From NCBI RefSeq assembly GCF_018977255.1, contig NW_024704742.1, forward strand, positions 106,766,001-106,830,000: DNA of 64,000 bases, read 5' to 3'. A program made the translations under genes and the position numbers. Shown here in pieces: positions 24,187 to 36,446 of this stretch (position 1 is the stretch's first letter; the number at the start of each line of letters is the position of its first letter). The notes beneath the pieces are model-generated. The model made no database searches. It saw only the letters and a list, made by a program, of their open reading frames with translations, and was not told the DNA's origin. The DNA comes from Callorhinchus milii. Its lineage: Eukaryota.

Positions 24187-24391
24187 CTTCTCCCCACTGT
24201 GTAATGAACTTTCCGTCTGGCGAATATTTAATAATCCTGCTGTTACAGTAGCCATCAGACACGTAGAAATTGCCATTGGCTGGATCTACAGCCACATCAG
24301 TGGGCTGACAGAAATGATCCTTGTCACTTCCAGGTTGAAAGGCTTGTCCCAGAATCAATAAATATTCACCTTTAGATCCCAGTTTGAAAAC
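24187..24391 (-). CDS. PAM: PAM coding exon, PAL domain (NHL repeat)
   Basis: VFKLGSKGEYLLILGQAFQPGSDKDHFCQPTDVAVDPANGNFYVSDGYCNSRIIKYSPDGKFITQWGE; 205 nt; phase 0-1. Confidence 0.97.
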
Positions 24392-24670
24392 CTTTTTTTT
24401 GAACAAGAAAAATAGAAGCATTCAACACATTTTAAATTATAACCTGAAAATACAGAACCTGGTCATTTTACGATATGTTTACCGTCCAATTTCCTCTCAG
24501 GCAAGAAGAATAAAATAATTTTACAAAACAGATGTTACTTTACGTAACATGCCCTCTGCAGTTTGTGAAATGTTTAGTTTAATACTTCAGAAGTCAGAAA
24601 CCTCATTTCAACTTAATCTCAAGAAAATCCTGAGGTAAAACCTGTGACTGTATCAAGTTTAAACTCCTAC

Positions 24671-24743
24671 CTGATGAAGTGCCACATCAGTTACCCAGAA
24701 GTTGTCATCTTTATCTGTGCTAATGCCGTGAGGCAAATAGAAA
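24671..24743 (-). CDS. PAM: PAM coding exon, PAL domain
   Basis: FYLPHGISTDKDDNFWVTDVALHQ; ttacag| and |gtagga; 73 nt. Confidence 0.96.
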
Positions 24744-26665
24744 CTGTAATGTGAAGAATAGACCTTCAGATAAAATCATCACATATGACTGATTCCAACC
24801 ACAAACAAACAACAAACATACAGTCTAGGAACCCTGAGTTACCACATTTGCTTTGCAACTTGATGCTAGTGGTCTTGAGTCTCAGGACTATTCATTCTTT
24901 AAATGTCGCCCATCATAAATGGTGTGGTTTTCAGCAATTCTGAGAGTGGTGGATTACAATAACATTTGGGTTTGATTTGTAAGATTTGCAACCAGCAAAT
25001 CCTGAAGGGACCGTGTAGCTGTGACCATCTGGAACTCCACTCAGACATCAATCTGAGTTTCTAAGAAGTCAGCATCTCAGCCACGTTTCCAGAAAGTCAG
25101 CACCAAAACAACCAAATTCACTAGCTATAAAATCTTTTGCCACATATTGTTAATTACGCTTCACCAACAAAATATACAGTCGATTCACTTTACAGTATAT
25201 TCTGTGAAGTGCTTTGAGATGTCTCAAAGACATGATAAGGCATTATATCAAATGTAAGGATTATAATTAAACCCCACGTGGTGAAATAAACAAGTGGCAA
25301 TTAGAGAATATTTAGCAACATACAATTCCTAGTTTGACATGCATAAAATACTGTAAGGTCATTTTGCCAATTGAACTGGTTTGGGTCCAGCTCCCAGACA
25401 GATATTTGGCAAAATGAAGAAAAGGAACAAATTACAGCTAGAAAAGCTGCAACATTACTTTAGGTCAGATTTTATTATTCTGCTTTCCCTCAGTGCTAAC
25501 TGTTGGAAGTTTTTACACAATAACAATTGTAGTTTCCTGCTGCATCAGCTAATAATATCTAACTAGGCACAGACCAGCCATCATACTTGGGGAATCTGTT
25601 ATGTCTGCATGGCTCAATTTCACTCCAAGTAATGCCTTTACCAGCTGAGCCACCGGAAGAGCATTTTCATACCTCAGTTATATCATGAGCACTGATTCAA
25701 CAATACAATCATATGAGCCAGCAGTATGGAGTTAGACTTTTCACTCTCGTCTTGAACTACCAACTACTTCAGTTCATATGTAAATACATGCATGAGCAAA
25801 GCACCACTGAACCTGCATTTCAATAATGGCTAATCTTTAATATTGATGAAAAGTCAGTAAGTAGTTTTGCTTGCTCTTTAAGGAATCTAGAGGACCAGCT
25901 GAGAACCTTTCTGGTCACAGTTGATTCAAAGACAAAGTATCCCCAGAAGTATTTTATTGAAGTGGCCGCACAATTCACTATGAATATTCTAGATCTGTAC
26001 CTATTCTGCAGGCTGTGCCAGCTGAACCCAGCAAAAACGGAACTATAATTAGTCTATCATCTGCATCTTCTAATATTAGGGCAGCTCGGTAGCTCCAGCA
26101 AAAACACCCATAAAGCAAACAAGCTATTTCCAGGCAGTCCCCTGTATGGCACAAGATAGCTATATTTCAGGTGCAAGCCAACATCTGGTGACTGTGACAT
26201 AGAAGGGAGAGCATCGAGAAAGTGCTGTTAACATCGTGGGTGCTTTACTGGCCTTCATGCAGCAGTGATGTCACTGGAGCACTAGTTAGAAGCTAACTAA
26301 CGAGAAAAGCTTGGTGTTTCTGGCAGTGACAATAAACACTTTTGCTATAAGTAGAAAGGATTACCCATGTACTTTGGGCTAGATTTTATTATTTATGATT
26401 TCATTATTTACGGTTGTGTGCTAAGGCTTCGAGTGCATTTTGGACTCAAGTAGCTTTTCATGAATAATGTGTCTGTGACACTTTGCCATGAGTTACGTGT
26501 AGTCTCTTCCTTTACGTGTAAATGTCACAACGGAGCTAGGGCTGAGGAATGCCTTTCAGCCCATTTTCATTATGACTATAAGTAGAGAAACAAATGTGAA
26601 ACAATTTAGTAAAAAAAAACTTGTCTTATATTCGGAACAAAAAAGCGTAGGTCATTCATACTTAC

Positions 26666-26782
26666 ATATTTCTTCCTACAGCGTTGAGGATTTTTAAATT
26701 AACTGGATCCACAGTGAAGATAGTGCTTTGTTGTATTGGTCCAATACCTTGTGGTTGATATATATGCTTTCGATCAAAAGAA
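26666..26782 (-). CDS. PAM: PAM coding exon, PAL domain
   Basis: Hand-translated SFDRKHIYQPQGIGPIQQSTIFTVDPVNLKILNAVGRN (human SFDSKFVYQQIGLGPIEEDTILVIDP); ctgtag| and |gtaagt; 117 nt. Confidence 0.95.
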
Positions 26783-26984
26783 CTACAGTGGAGACAAATA
26801 TTGAAAAATTATTAGTCTCAACCACAAAGCATAGAACAACAGCAGCATTTCTCACTTTTGCATAAAAACAACATTGCAATATCTACCATGACTGGTACTG
26901 GTAACACCAGATTTCTCCATTTATTAGTATAATGTGTAAGTCATATTTCCTATTAAATACGGAGATAAGTACTTTCAGGTCATT

Positions 26985-27392
26985 AGGTGTCAGCCTGGTT
27001 TAGTTGGTAGCACTCTCATCAGCTTGTGAGTCAGAAAATTGTGGATTCACTGTCAGGACTTTGATCTCGTAGTCTGGACTGGCAAACTAATGCAGTGCTG
27101 GGGTAGTCCTCATTGTTGGAGGTGCCATCTTTTGAATGAGACCCTAAATCAAAGTCCTGTCTGCTTGTTCAGATGAACATTAAAAATCCCATGGCACTAT
27201 TCAAAAAGAGAAAGGAGTTTCTCCCAAGTATCCTGGCCAACAACCTTCCAAATAAAAATGGTCACTCACTTCATGGCTGTGTGTGGGACATTGTTGTGTG
27301 CAATTTGGCTGCTATATACACCCACAAAATACACAGCAACTACACTTCAATAGTAGATCCTGTGAGGTATACTAAATGCCTGGATTATTATT
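26985..27392 (+). mobile_element. DeuSINE/SacSINE1-like SINE (family B), near full length
   Basis: tRNA-like head gtcagcctgg..agttggtagcactc, core aatcccatggcactattc..gagtttctccc..tcctggccaa, L2-like tail. Other copies at about 12215-12380(-), 23820-23980(+), 28480-28700(-), 31900-32280(-), 41075-41430(+), 42995-43255(-), 47675-47900(-), 57620-57830(+), 59360-59550(-) and 61030-61160(+). Confidence 0.8.
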
Positions 27393-27817
27393 ATCTCACA
27401 CCAGGTAGGACGACCATTGACTACAGTATAAATCCTTAACAAAACAGGTAAACAAGTGCAGGTGGTTCTACTGAATCACCCTTCACATTTTAATGTTTGA
27501 GCAGAGCTGTCTGTCCTGTCAGCCGTCTGCAATCACTACATATTCAGAACCAGGTGGAAGGGTTAAAGCACAAAATTTATTCATTTACATCTGCAATACA
27601 TCTCTACACCATTTACATCTCTAACAGATGGAATATGCTGGTTGGCAATGTACCATGTAATTATGTTAAAAAATCCATTTATCATCTTCTGCAAAGAACT
27701 ACCCCATATTCTCATCAAATATAGACTATAAAAGTATTCAGAAATTTAAGTGCAAAATTAAAACCATGGGCAAGGGCTCCCATTGCACACAAGACAGTCA
27801 AAGAATCCAGACGGTAT

Positions 27818-28136
27818 TCAAATTGGTTAAAGCGCTCGCTTTGCAAGCGAGAGACCTGAGTTCAATTCCAGGCAGGTCAGGGCGAAACCTTGGGCAAGTT
27901 TCCTTACTCCACACAGAGCCTAATAATAATCCCTCCAAAACCAAAAACAATAATAAATTGGTCATTTTCAATCTACGACTGTTTGTGGGACATTGCTGTG
28001 CGCAATTGGCTGCCGCGTTCGTCCACAAATATACAGTCAATTCACTTTACAGTGTGTTCTGTGAAGCGCTTTGGGACGTCCTTCCGACGTGAAAAGCGCT
28101 ATATCAAATGCAAGGATTATTATTATTATTATTATT
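27818..28136 (+). mobile_element. tRNA-derived SINE family A, near full length
   Basis: A/B-box head, gggcaagtttccttactccacac body, tail ending (ATT)n. Other copies or tails at 5770-5868, 28770-28980, 47360-47672, 49000-49180, 52800-52900, 54213-54545, 56620-56735, 58660-58970 and 63125-63230. Confidence 0.85.
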
Positions 28137-29589
28137 AAATATAAGCATCTTAGCAATTTTTATTTCCTATTTCCCAGCTGTTCTAACCGGCTTTGAAAGA
28201 ACTAAGGCAGAGATTAAGGACCACGTTTTGGAGACCTATAGGAAGACTGTTTCGATAAGGCATTCCAGGAATGGACTTCAGCGTTACTGGAGCTTTCTTT
28301 CCCCCAACCCCACCTCTCCATAATTTAAAGAATCTCATTCTTTAAACAAAATTATACCATTCTCCACAAAAATATAGGATGGAGATGGAGATAAATCCTA
28401 AATTTGTGTAAGTAAGGTTTGGGACAGTAAGGTTCCACAGCCATGAGGTGAATGAACTATCAATTTGGAGGACTGTTGGTCAATTCATTGGGATTGGGAT
28501 AAACTCCCTTTTCTTTATTGAATGGTGTCAAACGATCATTAAAGTCCACGTGAAGAGCATACAGACCTACATCAGCTGAATATTTCATTCAAAGTACCGC
28601 AGTGCTACCCAGAACTGCACTGTAGTATCAACCTGGACTATAAACTCAAATCCCAATTTGGCTTTGAATTCACAACCATCTGCCCCAGAGACTGACCCAA
28701 AGCAAAATGTAGCATCAAATGAACCAGGCTGATAGGTCAAAATCCTTTATTTGCCTAAAGTTACATTTATAATAATAATAATAATAATCCAAATTATATT
28801 TTTATTTATTTTGAAGGAATTAGAAAAGCAATCTGCCAATCGACTAACAACTTCTAGGTAAATATTGGTATGTGGAGGAAACTTACTCCATACACCTCTG
28901 TTTACCTTGCAGTTGCTGGGAAATGAACCCAATTCCTCTCGCTTGAGAGCTGAGTGCTCTAACCACTAAGCTACAGGATTTATGGATGCTGAAGGTGCAT
29001 ATGGTCAATCTTTACATGTGCTTTACCCAGATTACCCAATTATATTTTGTTATACTGTCCACTTACTGTAAGGTTATTTCAATCTATCACCACATGCATT
29101 TCTTGGTATATCTTATTATTTGACCACGAGCATGGTTAGGTTTCTTTCTTAACTATGTACTGGGATTCAAAACAGACTATATACAGTATTTTAATCAGCA
29201 TAGATTTCAAGCAATATGAAGTTTATAAATATTTATTGAAATTATTTTCACAGGTAAAGTCAGAATGCCTCAATCACTGCTTAATGTGCCTTGGGCAAGT
29301 TAATTTGATTCTCTTTCCCACATTCTCTTTGCCACTGGTGTCAGCAGACTAGAGGCTGTGAACCAAGGACATGGCTCAAAATAAATCTGAAGCCCTAAGG
29401 CATGCATTTCATCAAAGCATATGGCTATTTTTCAAATGCAATTATTGTAGTCAGCATTAATGTTTTGCCATGCAGCAGAAAATTGAAGACACTAATTTCC
29501 ATGAGGCAGCAATACATAAGGCAATTAGTCTTCTGATCTAGACATGTTGTCACATACGTAATGGAACGCATCACCTATACAAATGTCTG

Positions 29590-30090
29590 CTATAAATACT
29601 ATAAGATACACATCCGGACTGCCTTCCTCCACCTCATTACCTCCATCCATCTTAATCCACCCTCTCTGACCATTCTCACACCCAATGCTGCTGAAACCCT
29701 CATCCACACTTTTGTCCCCTCCACCTTGATTTCTCATTCCTCACCGGTCTTCCCAGCTCCACTATTCACAAAGCCCAACTGCTTCAGAAATCCACCACCT
29801 GTATCCGTACCCATACAAACTACACCACCCTAATCACCATAGTTCTTGCCAGACTCCATTTGCTCCATGTCACAGGATCCTCATCTACAAATCATTTCAT
29901 GCCCTAGTACTTCTCCAACGTGCTCACACCCCTCTCGTCCATCCGCCCCCTTCGCTTGACCAGCTTGGGTCTTCTGCATAGCCTCCGCCCCCTGAAATCC
30001 ACCATCAGTGGCGATGCCTTCACGCACTACACCCTGAACCTCTGGATCTCCTGCCTCAATCTCTCCACCTTGCCCCGTCTTCAAATTGGA
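29590..30090 (+). mobile_element. L2 LINE ORF2 C-terminal fragment
   Basis: RTAFLHL...LTPNAAETLIHTFV...LHLL motifs. Confidence 0.75.
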
Positions 30091-30629
30091 CCTGAAATAA
30101 TGTGCAAACACACATGAATAAAAAAGCACGCGCAACATACTCTCACTTGAGAAAGTGATCCCAAATGAGAGAATTATGCCCCATTGCGAGTTCCCAAAAT
30201 GGTGTTAAAGAAACACAATGCAAGAGTGAATAGCACACACATTATTACACATACTGAGGGGTAGAGAGCATTTGATAAAGGCGACGGTAGAAAAATTAAG
30301 ATTTCTATCAACAGGACAAGTACGGCAATAGCCATTATAATAAAGCTAATATTCTAGCGAATCCAGAGAGGAAATCCCTCACGACTTGTGCCTAGCCATC
30401 AAATAAATCCACAGCAAATTCAACCAAAATATGATAGAGAGCCAGCCATGATTACTCAGGAGCCACTTCCAATTCACTGCATAAACAAGCTCCCTCTCCA
30501 CTTCAAATACTGCACCACATTGATTAAACAGATGAAAATTTCACAAAGTAATAGTCAAGAATAATAATCCTTGCATTTGATATAGCGCCTTATTATGTCA
30601 TGAAGACATCGCAAAGCGTTTCACCGGAT

Positions 30630-31067
30630 TACGAATAGCATTGCAACAAGGAGTAGTCTAGAAAAAAGAGGAATTAGATGGAGAAAAAATGCAAAACAGA
30701 CTAAGTCGGTCTTGGAGTGCATGAGCGTAAATGCACGGAGTGTGACAAATAAGATTAGTGAGCTGCCGGCTCAAGTTGTCACATGGGGTTATGATGCAGT
30801 TGCAATAACAGAGACCTGTCTCAAACAAGGGCACTACAATGAATTCAGGAGGGATAGGGAAGGAAAAAAAGAAGGGGGGGGGAGTGGCAATATTGATTAA
30901 AGACAGGGACATTTAAGAGAGAAGTAGATATTATCTGGGAAGGACACGTTTGCAGGGCTTTGGGGAGAGAGCAGGAGAGTGGGTTGATTTGGATAGCTCT
31001 TTTCAAAGAGCTGGCACAGACACGATGGGCCGAATGGCCTCCTTCTGTGCTGTATGATTCTATGATT
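30630..31067 (+). mobile_element. Internally deleted CR1 LINE (ORF2 start joined to 3' tail) inside a SINE
   Basis: CMSVNARSVTNKISEL..YDAVAITET APE endonuclease start (30712-30900) fused to gatgggccgaatggcctccttctgtgctgtatgattctatgatt tail; host SINE halves at 30560-30625 and 31068-31290. Confidence 0.8.
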
Positions 31068-33028
31068 GTATATACTGTAGATTAACTGTGCATTTTATGG
31101 GCGAATCGTGGTAGCCAGTTGTGCACAGCAATGTCCCACATGGAGTGAGTGATCATTTTTTTTATTTTGGGGGATTGTTGGCCAGGACACCAGGAGAAAC
31201 TCCCTTCTCTTTTTGAATAGTGCCATGGGATCTTTAACCTGAACAGGCAGATGGGACCTCGGTTTAACGTCTCATCCAAAGGATGGAAGGCGAAGCTTGC
31301 AAATAGCACTAGGTTCAAATAAAATGATAGTGTCTTATTTAACCCAAAATAACATGCAAAATACCGTAAATTTTAACATTTATTTAAGAATAATTTTCAA
31401 ACACCTATTAATAGTGTACATTAAAATTAAACTATCTGCAATTGTTGATTTATGAGAATTCCATGTCTTCTTATGTGGATAATTGGCTGAAAATGATTGG
31501 GCTATATGAGCAGAGTATCTGGGTTTAATTCAGCTATTTAACTGTATGCTGGGACAGCACTACCCTAGATAACAAGGATTTAAGATTGCTTTCTCTACTT
31601 TCATTAATGTATTGCTAATACTATAATTACTTGCTTTAGTTCCCTGCTAAGTTATATTATGTTGCATAAATTAAATTATACTGTATGACTGTCATCTCAT
31701 TTTACTAAAGCGTAAGGCTTCCAATTCACTCATGATCCAAACATGAACCTGCATACCTTTACATACACTCGTATACATATGATCAAAGGACTATAACATA
31801 AACCTGAATGCGCTGTCTTGTCATTTGTTCTTGATTCAAATCCATCTGACCTTTATCTTTTGAAAAGATATACTGAGAAATTTTAATCAGTAATTCAGAA
31901 AGAACATTCATTTTTATAGTGCCTTATCACATAGAAACATCTCTGAGCTCTTGATTGTCAAGTGCCCTTTTGTCAGCGAATGTGGCAGACATTTTACACA
32001 CAGCAAAGACCACAATCAGTCGTGAGGTGAATACCAATTAATATGGAGAATTATTAACCAGGCCACTGGGAGAAACATCCTTCTCTTTATACGTAATGTC
32101 ATAGGATCTTTAGATTCCCAAACATGCAGACGAAATCTCTACATAACATCTCATCCGAAGGATAGCACCTTCAACAATGCAGCGCTCCCTCAGCACTGAC
32201 TGGGATATTATACTCAGCCTAGACAAGGTGCTCAAATCCCACCATGGTTCTTGAACTCACAATACTGTGAATTTAGAAGTCCTTTAGTTAATTCATAGAA
32301 TTGCATAGAAACTACAGCACAAAAANCTAGTCCATGCCAGAATTTATATTCCACATGAGCCGCCAACCATCCTAATGCATCTATTCACTTCTGTATCATG
32401 TATGCTTCATTTCTTCATCATAAATATTCACTGTGAAGTTTCTAGGAAAGTCAACCAATATTCTCTGCAATTGAACTCAAACTATAAATAGCGATAACCT
32501 TCAGGTAATCAAAATAATGAACAATTTAAAGACACTTAGGACTTATAATGATCCTTATTCAGTTATGCTTGATTTTTTGCCTAATTATTACGATTGTCTC
32601 AGCTTTCAAGAAGCAGAATTCAACAGTCGCAAGTATTAAAACCTTGCTCAAATGAACAGCAAGGCACTGTCACTAAAACAAATTGTTTTTGCCTTGTACT
32701 AAAGAAACCTTAAAGGACATTATTCTTTGATAAACTGGTGCTCTGACCCCAAATTATCCAAATACACAATCGATAAAATATGACATCATAAAAAAATGAT
32801 AAATTTGCCTTGCCCTTGTATTCATGCCAATAGATTTTTTAACAAAATGCCTTAAGACGTATGTACCTCTTTGATCTGACTATCTGGCTTTCGGTCATCA
32901 TTCCCCTCCCCACCCCCAGTGTCCCACAAACAGTCGAAGATTAAGTGACCAAATTACTAACTTTTTTTTTAGAAAATAAGAAATTAATTCCTCCAGAAAG
33001 CTTTGATATAATGAAATGGATCACATAC

Positions 33029-33158
33029 TTCTCATCCCAGACATGGTTTCCTCTGTGGAAAATGATTAGGTTATCTTTGGAATCCAGAGCAACTCCAGAA
33101 ACTTGGCCCAGTTGTAGTTCCTCCACAGGCCAGTCAATAACTTCTTCCAAGTGAGAAG
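33029..33158 (-). CDS. PAM: PAM coding exon, start of PAL domain
   Basis: ASHLEEVIDWPVEELQLGQVSGVALDSKDNLIIFHRGNHVWDE; 130 nt; AG/GT sites; phase 1-2. Confidence 0.96.
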
Positions 33159-35094
33159 CTATATACATACATTGGAAAGAATAATTGATTAGCATCAGTT
33201 TTCAAAAATATTTTCTTAAATATAAAGTACATCAATGTTCAATTGCATGCATCTCTTTATTCAAGCATATTAATAAACAATTTCCTTGATGGGGAGGGCA
33301 GTAAATCCCTCCATTTCAGCATGCAAAATAATCCATTATTTTATGAAGCCATGCATCACTGTCTGAATCAGACACATCAAAAGCATTTAAAATCCACTGC
33401 CAACACACTGGTAACATGGATGTATTTCAAAGCTGAAACAAAACAAAATCCCCAATTTTAAATATTTCCGTCAGTATCTGAAATAGTTATAACAAAATCA
33501 ATCAAGCTCAAAAATGTGTTTTAATTTCTCATAACCACTTAGCTGCTTGAGAGCAAACAAGCAGAGTTTTGAGCCTCCAATAAAAGTAGGTGTGTTCCCC
33601 TCATACTGGAATTTCCTTCTCTGGCCAAACAATAGACAGAATCATGCCATGAAACATCATATGTCCCGTTCCATTCATTACATGCTTAGCATCCACTTAC
33701 CATTGACCTTGAAGAAGATATTTTAATTTCCTATTCTAATATCAAAGTTGTAACAGTTTAAACAGGTTTCATATTAAGGTCGAGGATCAGAAATCCAATT
33801 TTTTTTATGTGCAATCCACTAAATAGGATAATGAACAAGATATGAGATCACAAAGCTTTGATAGAAAAATGGTTAATAGTTTTCCTACTGTGCAGCGTAA
33901 AGTGAGATGCCGCTTGTCAAGTACAGCAACACAGACAAGATTGGTGTAAGATTTCACTTGATTGAACAATAATTAATTCTATGGAACTTTTTGCTTGGAA
34001 GTTGATTTACTGATTTTTTTTGTTCTCGTTAAGAGATTCTTAAAACAATTTTCAAAAACAGTATTTCAACCTCTCCTGACTACAGATCATTTATTAGAAT
34101 TCAGGAAATTTCATTTTATCAAGTATAACTTGTTCAGATTTTCTATGTTAAATATTTATTGTTCAGATTAACTTTAAATCAGGTGTGGTATAGCAAAGCA
34201 CTATGCAAAGATTCTTTGACAGTTGCTTGGTTACTTGCAGTATATCTTGCAGCAATATGAACTGGAACCATAAAATGGTCCTAATTGAGAGCTTGGTTTA
34301 TAGCTCAGATGCAATCTCTGAAGTCCCTGTAGCAGGATCCTTACAGGAGCTACATTTGAACGTGAATCAAAAGCAAACAACTTCTTGTGATAACCTTTGT
34401 TGAATGGCAGCTGTGATTGTGAATCACAATTCTCTTCAGAGAACTGATCTGAACAGCATCAGGCTGAACCCCATTTATCCATGGAAAGAACTTTTATTTC
34501 TAATTGAAATGTTTTCTTTTATGATCTACCTGAGTGAATCTTCAAGAGAAAAATCCCTTTTGCTCTGTTTGCAGGTTTCGTACCCAGCTATCAATGTGAT
34601 AGCTATCAATGCGATATCACAGTAAAGGGAAAATGTGTATCAATGTGATATCACAGTAAAGGGAAAATGTGTTTTGTGTTTTTTTTGGCCCTGCCTGAAT
34701 GTAATGGTTACCCACAAAAACACAAAACACATTTTCCCATTAATCTGGAACAGAATTTTCCAACCATCGTCAGCTGCTTTTTTTTACATGACCTTATTAA
34801 CAAGGGAATATAGATCAATTCTCATTCATTCTCCCAAAGTGTATCAAAATAACCCGTAGTAGCTTAGTGGATCATCAGCCATGCAATCATAAATTTCCAA
34901 GCCTCAAATTAGAAAATCTATCATCCACTTTGATACAAATAATAAAACATGCCCAAGGCAGTTTTTGTATATTATGTTTAATGACGTCTTTCATTGCAGC
35001 TTGGCAATATAAATGTTTGAAATGAGCTGCTAGAATGATTTCAGCAGTGTGAAACTGAGCATATAAATGAGAAAGAGCTGAGTTTCCATCTAAC

Positions 35095-36098
35095 ATCTAC
35101 AGAATTTGCTGGGAACACTCAGCAGGTCAGGCAGCATCTATGGAGAAAGGAAAGTGAGTCAATGTTTCAAATCCACGACCCTTCATCAGAACTGGGGCAT
35201 GTTGGGAGGGAGACGCTTTTAAGTGCTAACAGAGAGGGGGAGACAGGGCAAGGAAGACAAAGGAGAAAATGGGGTAGAGGGTGATGGGTAGAGGATGATG
35301 GGTTTAAAAGGTGTTAATGATGCAAAACAAAGGGGGGATTGCAACAAAACAGGGGAATAGAGGTGGTAATACTGCAGAAGGGGGGGGAATTGCAACAAAA
35401 TAGACAGGTCAGAGAGAAAAAGGTGTGTCTGAGACCCAGATGATGTGGTAATGGTCACAGAAGAGGGGGAGGGAGAAGGTGACCTGTTATGGTCTGACAT
35501 TATTGAAATCAATATTGAAGCCAGAGGGCTGTAAGGTCCCTAGCAGATAAATGAGGTGCTGCTTCTCGAGCTTGTCCTGTGGCTCATTGGAACAGTGTAA
35601 CAGACCATGGATGGAGAGGTCAGAGTGCGAGTGGGAGGGAGAGTTAAAGTGGCAAGAAACCGGAAGCTCAGGGTTGTGCTTGTGGACAGAACGGAGTTGT
35701 TCGACAAATCGGTCACCCAATCTGTGTTTTGTCTCCCCAATGTAGAGACCACATTGTGAGCAGTGAATGCAGTCAACTACATTGGTGGTAGTACACGTAA
35801 ATCACTGTCTCACTTGAAATCTATGTTTGGGATCCGTTCTCTCCGCAAGTCCAACCCCGAGATTCCAGTTCCTATCCTCTACCCCATTTTCTCCTTTGTC
35901 TTCCTGCTATGCCTCCCACCTCTCTGTTAGCCCTTAAAAGCCTCTCCCTCCCAACATGCCCCAGTTTTGACGAAGTGTCCTGGACCCAAACATTGACTTA
36001 ATTTCCTTTCTCCATAGATGCTGCCTGACCTGCTGAGTGTTCCCATTGGCTTCTGTCTTTGTTTCAGTTTTCCAGCATTTGCAGTATTTTGCGTTTTG
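35095..36098 (-). mobile_element. Penelope-like retroelement, 5'-truncated, inverted pLTRs, TSD
   Basis: Minus strand NVVDCIHCSQCGLYIGETKHRLGDRFVEQLRSV..PVSCHFNSPSH..LEKQHLIYLLGTLQPSGFN (GIY-YIG endonuclease); inverted arms about 35105-35280 and 35875-36050; TSD tccatctaac at 35085-35094 and 36099-36108. Confidence 0.9.
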
Positions 36099-36219
36099 TC
36101 CATCTAACGTGTATATTGGATTAGCTGATTAGCTGATCACAGCTAAGAAAGCACTGAGAGTGTTATTATTGACTTAGCATCTCCAGGCTGTGTGAATACT
36201 AGCCAGGGTGCTGCTTCTC

Positions 36220-36446
36220 TTTGACCGAGCCTTCAGCTCCCCTCTCGACTCTCTTCCCCCTCCTCGCTCCCTCCCTTCCCTCCCCTCACCCTGACCATTT
36301 CCCCCCTCCTCGCTCCCTCCCTTCCCTCCCCTCACCCTGACCATTTCCTCCCCTGCTCGGGTCCTGACCCAACTGTGTAGCGCCTTGGGACGTCCTCCTG
36401 ACGTGAAAGGCACTTTATAAATGGAATCTTGTTGTTGTTGTTGTTG
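36220..36446 (+). mobile_element. L2 3' tail with internal 43-bp tandem duplication
   Basis: gcgccttgggacgtcctcctgacgtgaaaggcactttataaatg..(TTG)n; ccctcctcgctccctcccttccctcccctcaccctgaccattt occurs twice. Confidence 0.75.

Noticed and set aside
32281..32380. Single N at 32326
   Set aside because: It is an assembly ambiguity inside a decayed CR1-like tail, not a biological feature.
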